Assembly: GCF_009834535.1 (NCBI RefSeq)
Contig: NC_045698.1
Span: 8,000,001 to 8,064,000 of the forward strand
Length of the DNA: 64,000 nt
DNA from: Camelus ferus
Taxonomy: Eukaryota
Reading direction: 5' to 3'
The translations under genes were made by a program, and so were the position numbers. Below the pieces are notes generated by a model. It had not been told where the DNA came from. It worked only from the letters and a program-made list of their open reading frames with translations, and searched no databases. Below, in pieces: positions 1 through 12,985 of this stretch; the stretch's first letter is position 1, and every line of letters starts with the position of its first letter.

Positions 1-3000
1 AGAGCACAGAACTGCAATGAAATCACAAAAGGGAGAAGTGAGCGTCCTAAGGCATGTGTGAGCCTAATGTGATGTGGACGCTCCTTGTGCTGTTTCAACC
101 CATAATTTGACAAAATGTTGTCCCCAGTTCTCTGTGCCAGGAAAACCTAGAGACTGTTTGGAAAGGGAAAAATCAAAAGGATGACAGATAAACAAGATGC
201 CTCTTTCTTGGTTCAATGATTTAGAGGTCTCTCACTCAAACAAAGTCTACTGGTGGTGAATCGGCAGCAATAAGAAGCAAAGTGTTTGCAGAAGGACAGA
301 AGCCAGGTTTTTTTTCTGCCATCTCTCTTAAAAGTCAAAGGCAAAAAATATCTTTAATGCCAGCTGAGGAAATTCAGGGTGGATGTGAAGTTGGACTGTG
401 TCCCTGAATAAGGGGTTCGCTCTTCAGGTAGAGGTCTTCTTTTCTAAAATACGACATAGGAAATGTGCCAAGAAAAAAAAAAAAAAGCCTGGTGAGAAAT
501 CAGTAAGATAGACTGGGGTCCTCTACCTGTGATGCAAATGTAACAGACTGACATTTACACAGGTCATCTGTTTCTTTTGTTAATTATCAGAAAGAAGCAC
601 ACACCAATTCAGGGAGCGGGCTGATAAAAAAGGTAACTCATTAAAATAGAAGGAGAGCGTGGTCCAAAGAAGAAATAAAGTGAAAGTAACCCGGCAAGGA
701 AACTTCAAAGACTAGAAGAACACCTGCTACATCATTGTCCCCGAGCCCTGACCCAGCTTCGCAGACTGCTCTCTGACTCACCGGTGTCTTGCAAAGAGAA
801 CCTTCTGTACTTGGTGGTTCTAATCAGGACTCTCGCTGCAGGCTGTCTTCACTTCAACACAACATCAGTCTGACTGCTTAACAATGCCAATTTTGGTTAT
901 TAAGATGGCCTCATTCCAGCTGCAAAGGGGGATTCCTGACGGTTCTATAACTTCAGTCCCAGTGCCCTGCCCGTCCTCCAACATCCCACCCTCCGGGGTC
1001 AGGCTGGACCATGACCTCCAGCCCCCGGTGCTCTTCCCCCCTACTCCTCCCTCCTTGCTCCTTCTCTTCTGCTGTCAGTGGCAGGGGGAAGACGTGTTTC
1101 CTCGCACAGAGGCAGTCCCGAGGCTGTCTCTGATGTTGGTCTCCGCCAGGGTGGCCGTGGCTGGGGAGGCGGTGCAGCCAGGTGGCTGTAGCTCTCTGCT
1201 GTCCCACGTAGACGGCCTCACTCTGCATCTTCAGATCCCATCCTGCTCATCCAGAAACGCCCACAGTCCTGCAGGAACATACCTACGTCCCGACACCGCT
1301 GGCCTTGTCTCTCCTGCCGTGGTCCATCTTTCCTGAAGGGAAGGAACCGTGAGGGAACACGGTCCTTGCCATTAGGTCTGACCTCTCTGCTACCGCTCCC
1401 CTGTGCTCTGATGGCACAAGGCAAGTCACCAGCTCGGAAACTGGGCTGATGGTGATGCCAGTCCTCCATTTTCACTGCCACCTACAAACTATGGGCTGTT
1501 CTGGTCCATAGGACCATTCTTTCCCCCACATGGCTTCCTTCTCTCTTCCAGTTCTCCTGTTAAGCTTCTCAACAGAAAAGGCCACCCAGCCACCAAGGTT
1601 TCCAGACAAGTCTTCCATCAAGAACTGGGCCCTGTTTGACCTCGGTTCTGGTAAGGACCAACCCGCTTCCTCGTGGGGAGCCGTATCTGCTGGAGTCTCT
1701 GTTCAGTGACCTCTGGGGACTGGGGGAAGCACCTACTTGTTAATGTCACACAGGTGGTCACACTGATGTCTGATCCCCACTGACGCTGGGGAGGAGAGGC
1801 CTCTGCCAGAGGAGCCCTCGGTCTCTTTGGCACCTGGGGAAAGTCACCAAGGCCAGGACAGGCCTCTGGAAGCTTCATGGGCACCACGACAGGCCAGGGT
1901 GATGAAGGAAAGGAGAGGGAAGGGCTAAAGGGAGCAGGAGATGGGGGCAGCGGGGCAGAGAGGGGCAGAGCAGAACGTAAAAGAAAGAGACGTAGGGGGC
2001 AGGGAGGGACAGTGTCACCAGTGTAACCTTTATGTGAAAAAGGCCACCAAGTCACCACTGTCTGGTGTCTCTAGATCCTTTTTTTTCTCTGCTCCTTTCT
2101 CCAAATTCCAAAAAGCCAAGACTCTGACTTCCCCTCCAGGAGTGCAGCCGCCGGGCTGATGGATACCCCAGGGGAGTCAGACCCGCCGTCCTTAGCTGTA
2201 ATTCTGTCCCAGCCTGTTAGCAATACAGCCTACTCATTATCTCCTCCGCCGAGGATGACTCATGGCCCTGTCGGCTGGAAGCACCGGCCTAATAACTCTC
2301 CAGTCTGCCTCTTCCACCCCCTTTCATGTGTGGAGGACCAAGCCTTCACAGAAGCAAAAAATGTATATAAATATATCAGGCCATTTTCTTCATTCATTCA
2401 GTTTTAGCTTCTGGCTTCGATGGAGCTCTGCGTGAATCGCATATCACATTCCTCCCGTGTCCATAAAGGTTGTGCTCCCTGAGAAGCCTTAGAGCCAACT
2501 CCTCCCCAAGACCCAGAACCCACCTCCCTCCTCCAATCAGGACTCCCGGCCCTGGTCACACTGGCTACTCTTCCTCCCGCTGCCCCAATGGAATTTAAAA
2601 GCGACAAGACCACAGACCGTTTTGGAACCGGGTCTGTTGTGTACCGGCGTGATACAATCTCAAACCCATCTGTTGATGACTTAGGTGAAGCTATTTTAAT
2701 GTCAAGATGCCATCATCTCGTCTGTTGTCCTTGATAAGCACTTAGAGGCGCCGGTGCCGAGGGGCCACGCTGGGTGCTTACTGACAAGACCATGTGAAGA
2801 AGCAAATACAGCAAGTGGACATTTGGGCTATAAACACCGAGAGTTGGTGACGAATATCCCGAGGGTTTCGGTCTGGGCAGACCCACCCTTTGCGGATCTA
2901 GCTCTCTGAAGGTCTGGAGACACCTGCTCCCGCCATGGCTGGGCTGCCCTGGGCCGGCAGTGGTGTTGACACATGCAGCAGCCTCCGGAGGAGAAGGGAC

Positions 3001-4176
3001 ACTGCTCCTCTCCTGGCAATGCCCTCCCCGGAGGCAGGGGTCCCAGCCGTGCAGCGCCGCCTGGAGTGATAACCCTGGGAGCAGCCTGGCCTGCCGCCCA
3101 CGCCGGGGCCTTTGTTCCCTAGCAACAGGCCTTAGCAACAAGGGACTTGGGTTTTGTGTTGGCAGCTGGAAGCAAGATCCCCCTTTGGTGAAGCTGGCTT
3201 TCCTGAGAAACCAAACTCATGTAAAAGGTCCACCTCAGCTTCATCTGGACTTTATTTCTGTCACCTCTCCTTGCCTGGAACAATAGTGTGGTCGCTCTGT
3301 CACTTGCTTGGACAATGTTACTTCTCTGTTGGTTCATTAAGAGGCATCACTCTCTATGCTATTAGCTTGTGAAATTACTACAGCTCCCGCGGTGCACCTG
3401 CGTTAAATAAACAGCTGGCAAAGACGATTTCAGTCTCTGAGTATGATGTGCTGACCCTCCAGAATAAAACAAGGTCTAGCAGCTCTGCTGGTTCAGGTCC
3501 CCGCCTTCCTTCCGTTTCTTTACGGGGACCTAACTGGCACCTGACGTCAGCTGTTCTGACTCCTCGCGCTCCCTCATCTGCCTCTGGGCTCCTGGCCGCT
3601 TCTCCATGGGGTTGTCCTGGAAGGTTCCAGTCAGATCCCCTCCCCTCTCCCACGTCCCGAGAGTCTCTTGTTTCTCAGTCTTCTCCTTTACATCAGAGTC
3701 CTTCCAGATCGTCTGTGTCCTCTTACAACCTACCCGCGCTTCCCTCAGATCCAGCAGCCACCATTTTCATCCCACTTCCTCCATCACTCAGCTCACCACC
3801 AGCGGTGGCCTGAGCTGACCTCCCTTCCTTTTCTGGCTGCTTCTTAGAGGGGCGCGTTGCTGCATTTTCTGGGACAACCCCGCCCACTTCATTTATCCAC
3901 TGATGGTCTCTTTCGTGCCTCTCCTGTTTCTTCATATCACCAGCTACCCTCTCCTTTGGCCACATAAGAGATTCCAAAATCTCCCTGAGTACTCCTTCTT
4001 GAAACAGGCTCCTTTCCAAACCACCCTGCCAAAAAGCAGGCCCCAGACTTCTCTTCCCTGAAGGCAAGGACCCTGGCCTGCACAGCAGACGCGGCCCATC
4101 CCTGTCATTCACCTCTCTGGTCTCACCTTCTAGCCCTCTCTCCCTACTTGGTTCTGGCCACACTCCTTGTTAGTCA

Positions 4177-4628
4177 TTACTGTGGGTTGAATTGTGCCCC
4201 CCAAAGATACATTGAAATCCTAACCGCAGGTATCTCTGAAAGTCAGCTTACTTGCAAACAGGATCTTCGCCGATATAATCTAATTATCATCAGGCCCACT
4301 CGGGTGGGCCCTCATCCAATACAGCGGGCGTCCTACAAGAGGGGAAGAGACAGCGACAGAGACATGTCGGGAGAAAGGTATGTGGTGTCAGAGGGAGAAA
4401 TCGGAGGGAGGCATCGATTAGCCAAGGGACACCAAGGGTTGAGGTCCACACTGGAAGCCAGGAAGAGGCCAGGAGTCATCCTACCAGAGTCTCGGAGGGA
4501 CCCTGGCCCTGCTGACACCTTGATCTGGGACTCTTGGCCTCTAGAACTGAGGAGAATCAATTGCAGTTGTTGTAAGCCACGTCCCATGTGTGGTGCTTTG
4601 TTTCCGCAGTCCTGGACACAAACGAGCA
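4177..4628 (+). mobile_element. MaLR LTR (MLT1-like)
   Basis: Contains tgggttgaattgtgcccccc...gccctgctgacaccttgatc...ttgttgtaagccac, the typical MLT1 motifs. Confidence 0.8.
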
Positions 4629-4636
4629 CAGCCCTG

Positions 4637-4781
4637 CCTCGTGTGTCCTGTGCACGGGAGCTGAGCCTCGGACACTAACTCCATTCCTCGTGTGTCCTGT
4701 GCACGGGAGCTGAGCCTCGGACACTAACTCCATTCCTCGTGTGTCCTGTGCACGGGAGCTGAGCCTCGGACACTAACTCCA
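4637..4781 (+). repeat. 49-bp minisatellite, about 3 identical copies
   Basis: Unit CCTCGTGTGTCCTGTGCACGGGAGCTGAGCCTCGGACACTAACTCCATT starts at 4637, 4686 and 4735. Confidence 0.95.
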
Positions 4782-4824
4782 CACTTCTCTCGCCCACTGC
4801 CTTCGGGGCCCGCTCAAACGCTGT

Positions 4825-5090
4825 TGCTCAGAGATGACTTTCCTGACTGTCGGATGTGAACTAGCAGTCGATTCCTGTCCCCACGCCCACCACTGTCTAC
4901 CCTCATCAGGGTGCTAAGTTTTCCTTGTGGCCAGTATCACCATCTGACATACGACAGATCTAGGCCTTATCTGTTTACTGTCGCCTCCCCACCACTCATC
5001 TGGGTCGAGTTTGTTCACTGCTGTATCACTGGGCCAAGAACAGAGCCTGGACCTTAGAGCTGATCAATGAATTTCTGTGGAATGAAAATA
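4825..5090 (+). mobile_element. L2 3' end fragment
   Basis: Contains gttcactgctgtatc...agaacagagcctgg...caatgaatttctgtggaatgaa, an L2-type terminus. Confidence 0.6.
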
Positions 5091-5142
5091 CTCATTAGTC
5101 CCTGACGTCAATGTATTAAGCATGGGAACCTGTCTGTGTGCT

Positions 5143-5172
5143 CTTTTATGTGGGCACGTGCCCACATAAAAG
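5143..5172. repeat. Perfect 30-bp spacerless palindrome centred on CACGTG
   Basis: CTTTTATGTGGGCAC|GTGCCCACATAAAAG is its own reverse complement. Confidence 0.97.
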
Positions 5173-5499
5173 TTCTTTGAGTCTAACCTCCCCCAGGCAG
5201 TGGTTGAATCTACCTGTTTCAACAGTGGCTCAGCATGAAGCCACACACCGCAGGCTTTCAATGTGCACTCGTGCTGATAATAGATTTCAACATGTGAATC
5301 ACGAACAATACCAGGAAAGCAGAATACAGATACACATCCTGCCTATAACACTATGAGATCGGCTTTTCAATTAACTGTTAGGGAGAGAGTTCCTTAATTT
5401 ATATTTTCCACATACACTAACAATAATCCACATTTCTTAACCCACTTACCCCGGCTGGCTGTCTATGTGCATTCTCTCTGCGGTGGTCTGGATTCATTT

Positions 5500-5630
5500 G
5501 ACAGCCTGGGAGACTGAGGCTCAGAGAGGTAGAGAAACTTGCCCAAGATCACACAGCTAGAAAGCAGGAGAGAGCTGGGGCTCAAAGGCAGGCAGCCTGG
5601 CCCCAAAGCCGTGATGCTGGCTCAGGGGTG
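5500..5630 (-). mobile_element. MIR SINE fragment
   Basis: gagactgaggctcagagagg...acttgcccaagatcacacagctag is the MIR core in reverse orientation. Confidence 0.8.
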
Positions 5631-6779
5631 TACCATTTGCTGACATCCAGAAACTAGTAAGGGCTCTTTTTCAAAAAACTGTGGAACAATTTATGACGAA
5701 GGGAAGAGAAGAAATGATTCAAAAGTAATCAGCTGAAAAGATGGATAACACCTTCTCTTGAACTCTATGAGGTAGAAAGAGCCAAGAATAAAACAGAAAT
5801 TATGAAGCACTTTAAGTGTAGTAGACAGGAACAAGTCTGAATTTTTTTTTATAACCTATGAAATGCTATAAATCAGTCTGAATAAAATAAAAATCATGGG
5901 GGAGGGGGACAGTATGCATATTTTTATACACAGAAGTCAATTTCTATGTTCTAGTTAATGTCACTAAGGAAAGGTAATGCTATTGGGGAAGAAAACTAGT
6001 GTAAATGGTACACATTTACTGAAGCCATGTGGACATGATCACATACACGCCCCCTCCCCAAACACACACAAACTTCAAAGGACTGATGTCCATAAGCCTA
6101 AGCCCTATTCCATCAAGTCTAAGGGAGTATGACTCAGGCTACATTTTTCTGGCAACTGCTAATTTAAAATTCAGTGTTCTCTTCACTGCAGGAAGCAGGA
6201 GGGTTTCTCTGACTCCACAAGGCTGAGTTTAACGCATTTTGTAAACACTCTCACAGGCTGGGGCTCTGCTTTTCCACGGAGCTTAGCACATGGTGTTAAA
6301 CTGCCCTGTTTACATACTGCCTGTCCAGGGGGTTGTGGATTCCTTAGAGGTAGGAGCTGTATGTTATTAATATTTGATTCTCCTCAGGCTGTCAATAAAC
6401 TCTTCTTTCCCCTAGAACTGGAAATTTCATTTCTTTAAAACCAAGAAGTGTTTTATTGGAGACAGGGTGATGGCAATTGGGAAGATTTTTGTTGGGAGTT
6501 AGCAAAATAAAATCAGTGCTGATTTCCTAGAGAAATTGTTCTTATCTTCAAACTGTACCCATTTACTGTATCGGATCTTCAAATGCTCTGGTTACGTATC
6601 TGATAGCTGAGGACAATTTTTCATATACACAGAGGCCTTCAGGCCAAAACCTAAAATAAATTAGTGGTGGCCCCCAGCCACTCACTCATCACAGGAATGT
6701 GACTGTAAGTCATTCTCACGTGTAAAAATAAAGTTTGAGTTTTGAAAAAGGCACACTATTTAAGTGAATAGTCTTATAT

Positions 6780-6915
6780 TTAAAAAATAACATTTTAAAA
6801 ATTATTTAAATTTTTAAAATTTAATTTTATTACATTAATGTAAATGTTTATTAAATTTAATTTACTAATTTATAATGAAATAAAGTACTTAAACAGTTTA
6901 AAATGTTAAAATATT
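6780..6915. repeat. AT-rich low-complexity tract
   Basis: Almost exclusively A/T. Confidence 0.8.
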
Positions 6916-9837
6916 CACTTCTTGTCAACTGAAAACATGTAAGTACTTTTTTTAATCTCTAGACAACATATTGCTTTGAGCACCACCTTGTAGTGCCCCC
7001 GTGCACACACATGTCCCTGTTTGGGTCTGACTGTCCAGGGGTGAATGTGGGGTGCCCACCTCATGCCTATTCTGTGCATGAGAAGAAACGGGGGGAAACA
7101 CAGGAGGGAGGAGCATAAATAACCCCAAATCATAACAACTCGTGAAAGACTCTTAGTATTATCCTCAAATCAATGAGAGGCTCATAATATTCCTAACTAA
7201 GGAGGAGTTCCTGGAAAGAACGAAAAAAGGATTTTTGAAAAAATATTTAAAAGTCAGCAACACTGCGGCACCTCCTCACCTACAGTACACACACACGAGC
7301 AGGTTTTCATGCCTAAAAACGACCTAGATTATCTAAAGCTCACTGCATTGTGACATTCCAGATAATTTAGGAGACAGCGTGGATGGCAGACGTGGTTCCA
7401 ATATTACTGACATCCATCCACGGCAATCACACGTCTGCCCTTTAAATCAGGGGGACCCCCCCCCCCACATATCAGCTACTCGTCAGCCCAGGAAAATAAG
7501 CTGCAGTTGGTATGTTTGCTGCAACACCCAGACCCCTCCTAATGCTTTTTCCTTCCCCCATCCTCTCTGATTTGCCCTCAGCTGCTTTTCTTCGGATCTC
7601 GTCTCAGTCTGGCTCTGAACTCTTGTTTGCGTGATACCCTCCCATCCCAGTCTCTGGACACTTGCTGGTCCTCAAAGCATTCATAACTGAATGTCCTGCC
7701 CCCAGGGGACTGAAGACTTCTCAGTCCCTGGCGGTTGCTGAATTGGCCACGTCCATCCCTCTCCCCTCAGCTCCACCTCCCTACTGGGCGGGAACCAGGG
7801 AACCAGCTCAAATCCAAGTTCACTAGACCAGGAGCAAAAGTTAGGGACCTGGCTTCCGTCTGCTGACTTACGGAAGCGCCTTCTCAACTCTGTACTTATA
7901 AGGTCCGGCATCATTTTGAACAAAACTGAATTTCTTGGCTTCATTATATGAAAACTACAAGGCACTGTAATAAGGAATGAGAAAGGCGTGATTTCTGACT
8001 CTCCACATATAGAAGATTTAATTCTGCCTTTTGCTCAATGGCCTATCCATTGTGTGGGCAAAGTCAATACCAATAATGAATCGTGGACTGAAGGGCTAAA
8101 TCAATTCAATAAAACCCAAGAGAAAGACGAGAAGGCTGAGTAAATTTGGAAAGGCTGGAGCCTGCAAGATTAGTATTTGGACAACAGGTAATTACAGAAA
8201 TCAATGCCTATATATGAGAACACAACAGACAGCCATCCGTCGCAATGGGAGGGCCGTTACCGATGGCTTGGGCTTGGGCTAGGATGAGAGAAGAGAATGG
8301 GTCCGTGCAAAATGCCTGTTGGAGGTTACACGCCGGGGTGTGTGTGTGTGTGCGCTCCCTGTGTGCCTGCAGGAGAGAGGAAGGGAGCCTCCAGGCTCCC
8401 TCTGTATTTATTTAGGCCTTTCGCATTGCCCTGTTCCTTTGGCTAACTTTCACGAACTCTGATCCCATTCCATCAACTGGATATCAGGCTGTGACCTACA
8501 GCGCCCTTTCCGTCCACGTCCGCCATCCTAGCCTCCCAGGGACCGGGGAAACGTTCTCATGAGGGCCTGCCAGTGTCTGGAGCAGAAGGACAACTTCCAT
8601 CCGAGCCTCAGCTCTAAGGACCAGCTGTTGGGAGAATCTCCAAGCAGTGAGAGGTGATACAGGCAACCTTGGGGGCACCCACAGCAGAATTTAAAAATGA
8701 CTCCACGTACACACACAGACATAAACATATATACATAGATAAAATAGTAACATAAGTGTCTTAACTGTGTTCCCGATCAAATGAAAACACGAACAAATGA
8801 ATGTACCACCACTTAGCAGTGTGCAGACGTTAAGCCATCCGGTTCCTACAGAGACTACAGTGGACGGATCAGCATCTCGTTTTAAAGATTAGAAAAGAGG
8901 CCTGAAGCACAATCAGCTTGTTCCAGGAGACACAGAGCGTGAACAGGGGAGCCACATGGGAGGCACCCCTCCAATGACCCTGATGTGTGTGCTGGTCCCC
9001 CTCCCTCACACCATCTCTTGTCTCCCACAGGGGACACTCCAAATGCGACCACACGAGTCCATAGCCATGTGCTATGAAGAGGCTTCAAGGCCAGTCCCGG
9101 ATCACGTAGACAGAGGCAGTTAGACCAGTGACTTTGAACCTGCCCCGGCCATGACGTCTGCACCACCTGACTACACGACGGCACTGTTTGATGTTTGGTT
9201 TTGGACAGCTTTTAAGCCTCACCCTCCAGCTCTCCCCTCTGTCCACATCTGAGCAAGTGGACAACAGAGCTCAGATGCCTCCTCCTTTGGCACCAGTAGG
9301 AGAGGAGGTTCAAACCACGCGAGTCCCTGTCCTCACAGAAGAAGCTGACCCCGGCGCAGCACGTAACCACTGCAAAATCCCGAGCCGTTCTGTCCTGTGC
9401 TCTCTGCCACGTGCAGTCCTGCGAGGGAGCCACTCTGCTCACTCCCAGAGCAGACTCACCTGCCTCTCCATCCATACCCTCCTGGGGCGTGGGGAGTGTC
9501 CTCAGTCTTGACATCAGGACCAAATTTTGGGCTGGGGTCCGTCCTGCTGTTGCCGGGGCACCATAACACCTCTGAATGGACTTGAAGCCAGTAATGGAAT
9601 GAAAAGCTCTCATGGCCTTTAGAGAAACCCTCAAAGTTGTCATCTTCAAAAAGTGATGGCATGTGTTCCCTTAATCAGGAATCTGTCCTTCATTTTGAGT
9701 GGCTGTTTTGTTTTCGACTAAAGGCAGAGAATGATTAAGATAACTGCCATTTGGGACAGGAGCCACGTAAATTTAATTTAATCTTAGATCATTTTAATAG
9801 TACTTTTTGACATTTTAAATTTATCTTAGATAGACAA

Positions 9838-10766
9838 TTACTTCTTTGATCTCAGCCTTGGCATTACTGACATTTGAGACCAGATAATTCTTTGTTGTGG
9901 AGGCTGCCCTGCACATTACAGAACGTTTTTCAGTGTCCCTTGTAACCGAGCCCGACCCTATGGGGCCTTCCCAGGACAGACACTCCATGTTCTCCGCCTA
10001 CCTCTTCTCTATAGAAAAACATATAAATTTGATCAATTTATAAATTTGATCAGAGAAATGAGAAGCTGTAGAAAGAAAGGGAAACAGTCAAGTAAGACAA
10101 AATAATAATAATTTAACGATTAAATAAAAGTCAAGGGCCTTTAGTTCTTCTTCAAGGGCTAGAGATAATATTCTGAGCCATATCCTTTGAGCTGTTTTAC
10201 AGACTCTGAAACCCCCACTGGGTGGAAGAAGTTAACTTCACGGTGACCAGACTGTAGCCATGACATAAGCTGCTCCATCTTGTACAATTCTGAGCCCTGG
10301 CCTCAAGGAAACGGGAATAATCTGACCTCAGAACTGAAGATGAACTGTACTTAAGACAATCAAGATGACACGTGACCGATAATTTCAAGATTCTTGTTGG
10401 CAACTGGCTGTGCTGTTCTGCAGGAGACCCTCCTCTGCCTGTACCCTGCTGAAACTCCCCTTTAAAGGCTCTTGGCCCCTGATGGGCAGTTGCGAGTTGG
10501 TTCTGGAACATGAGTCTGCCTTCTCCCCAGGCTGCCATCCTCCTGAATAAAGCAAACTTCCCTTTCCTACCAACACCTGCCTCTCGAGTATTGTTTTTTG
10601 AGTGGCGAGCAGCCAAATCTGAGATTGGTAACACCTTGACTGCTGCCGACCAGATGCTAATGGCATCACCACAGCCTTCTCCAGTTCTGACAACCAAAGA
10701 TGTCTCCAGATGTTGTCAACTGTCCCTTGGGAAGCAAAATCACGTCTGGTTGAGAATCAGTGCCCT
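9838..10766 (+). mobile_element. MER20-like hAT DNA transposon, split by an LTR
   Basis: The 5' part ctcagccttggcattactgacattt...gataattctttgttgtg ends at 9940. It resumes at 10634 with ...gacaaccaaagatgtctccaga...ggttgagaatcagtg. Confidence 0.75.
9941..10633 (+). mobile_element. ERV1-class solo LTR (copy A)
   Basis: Termini TGTAACC...GGTAACA, internal AATAAA and an approximate 4-bp TSD CCCT/CCTT. Clearly homologous to 17809-18471. Confidence 0.85.
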
Positions 10767-11737
10767 GTGTTCATTCCACAAAGACTTTTCTGGTAAGAAC
10801 AAGCATGGGTCAAGTCCTTTGTAGTTCCAGTGGAAGAGTGACAGAAAAAAAAAAAAAAAAAAAAGATGAAAAGCTGCTAGGCCGTATACATACCCCTGCA
10901 AGCAAGCAAAATCTATAATAAATTGCAATTATATCTTCAGATCTCTTCTTTCCACTCTTAAACTAATTTAGACTCATCCTCAAAATTGCTTACATGCTAT
11001 GGAGATGACTCTTTATAGCTTATAAAATCTTTTTTAAAAATTTGATTACTCAGCTGCTCACATGCAAATGCTTGTCCCTTGTCTAAGAAAATCAGAGTTA
11101 GCTATGCTGACCACTGTGATTTTCCAGAAATATCACACACCACAACTTATGCACTTTAAACTATTCCAAAAACACAGAGCACGTTAACCATTGTTTACAT
11201 GATGGACACAGACAATAACCTCCTTAATGGAACACATATATCTGTATTATATCCATTGGTACCTTTGTAAATGGCTCAGAATGCTTGGTTACAACACAAA
11301 GCTGGTTTACTGCCTAAAGTTCCCATTTGACCAATGAGTTTTCCAGGAAGATGATGCCATATACTGATGTAGTAATCTTACTGCAATCTGAGGAGACAAC
11401 AAAAGATGCTTTGTTCTTCTTTGGGATTTAGGAGCAGAGAAGACTCCAGAGATGGAATTAGGAAGAAAAAGACAAATCACACCAAAAGTAGAGCTGCTGA
11501 TAATCTTGTCTCTGTTGATACTAACATACATCCTTGATCCTCTATTCTCTCAGTATTCAAATAATAATGAAAAAGAAGAATGTATGCATAAGCATGCCAA
11601 ATAATTAGATGAGAAGTGCTCTGCTCCAGTCCTAAGTATGGATCTAAATTTTGATACTGTAACTTTAATTTTCACCTTTCTTTCCCCTTTTGACATCACT
11701 GTAGACACCTAAGCGATGATGACTCTGACACCAGTCA

Positions 11738-12007
<270 letters not shown>

Positions 12008-12711
12008 TTACTGTGGTTTTCCGACAGGCATACCAACTTACAAAAGGATTTGAAAAGATTCCCTTGAGTAAATGGTTTGTAAACATACATATGTGTATAC
12101 ATACGAATATAGGTATGTCCACGTATACATACATAATCTTAAATATATCAACTGAAGTTACATATTTATGAAGATTGTGAAAAAAACAACTTAAAATGGC
12201 GCAAGCTTTTATTAATACAGACATTTTTCATGGGGCTTCAGTGGATTATTTATAAGTTCACATTTATTTTCCAATGTATTATTTCTACAATCTTATTCAG
12301 GTATAGCATTTAGTTAAATTATCAGACAAGAGAAAATTTAGCGTGATGGGTCCAATCTAAAATGTCATGAAAGCAGTTAATGCCATCTTCATTATTTTTA
12401 TGACTATGATTATTATTGTCATAGTCTCTTCTTTAAAAATAGGTTCCCCAAATGACTCTCTGGGGATGAAAGCAGAGTAACAAGAAGCCTTTATAAAAGA
12501 AAATTATACATTTAAAGAGTTAGGTTTATTTAAACAGTGTTAATAAATTTAATGCATTGTACATTCTTCTCCTGTACCCTCCTGTTTACATCCGAGCTAC
12601 TCCACGAAGCTGGTTGTTTATTTAACTTTAAGAAATATGCCATAGGGTACTTAAATCCACTCTAAAGCACCAAGTCAATTGTACCATTATGCAAATGAGC
12701 ATTCTTCTATG

Positions 12712-12985
12712 AAATCAATCAGCTCAACCTGTCAGAGCACGGAGCTATCAGGGTCAGATGTATGGACTCCATTCCTGCAGCAGGGAGCCAATTTTTAACA
12801 AAGAAGTAAAAAAGCAACCTCTGAGACCACAGATAAAAACCTGACCCCGTGAGTCACATAAGTCACTATTTATCCGAAGGACAGGGTGGAAGAGAAACGA
12901 GACAGCTTAGCAACAACCACTCCACTCCAGCAAAAACAACTCAGAAGCATACATCCTATTGATGCCAGGCCAGTGCTGCCACCTG
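12712..12985 (+). mobile_element. Ancient tRNA-derived SINE (MamSINE1-like)
   Basis: Degenerate tRNA head (agctcaacctgtcagagcacgg...) followed by a body containing gaccacaga...gaaggacaggg...caaaaacaactcagaagcatacatcctattg. This resembles the MamSINE1 consensus as recalled. Confidence 0.55.

Noticed and set aside
884..4678. Cluster of 100-176 aa ORFs in the GC-richer 5' region
   Set aside because: They overlap on both strands, are low-complexity Pro/Ser/Gly-rich, show no recognisable domain, and one lies in an MLT1. Such ORFs are expected by chance in GC-rich intron.
4637..4781. CRISPR-like array (repeated unit with internal palindrome)
   Set aside because: Units are head-to-tail with no unique spacers, there are no cas genes, and the context is mammalian. 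It is a minisatellite.
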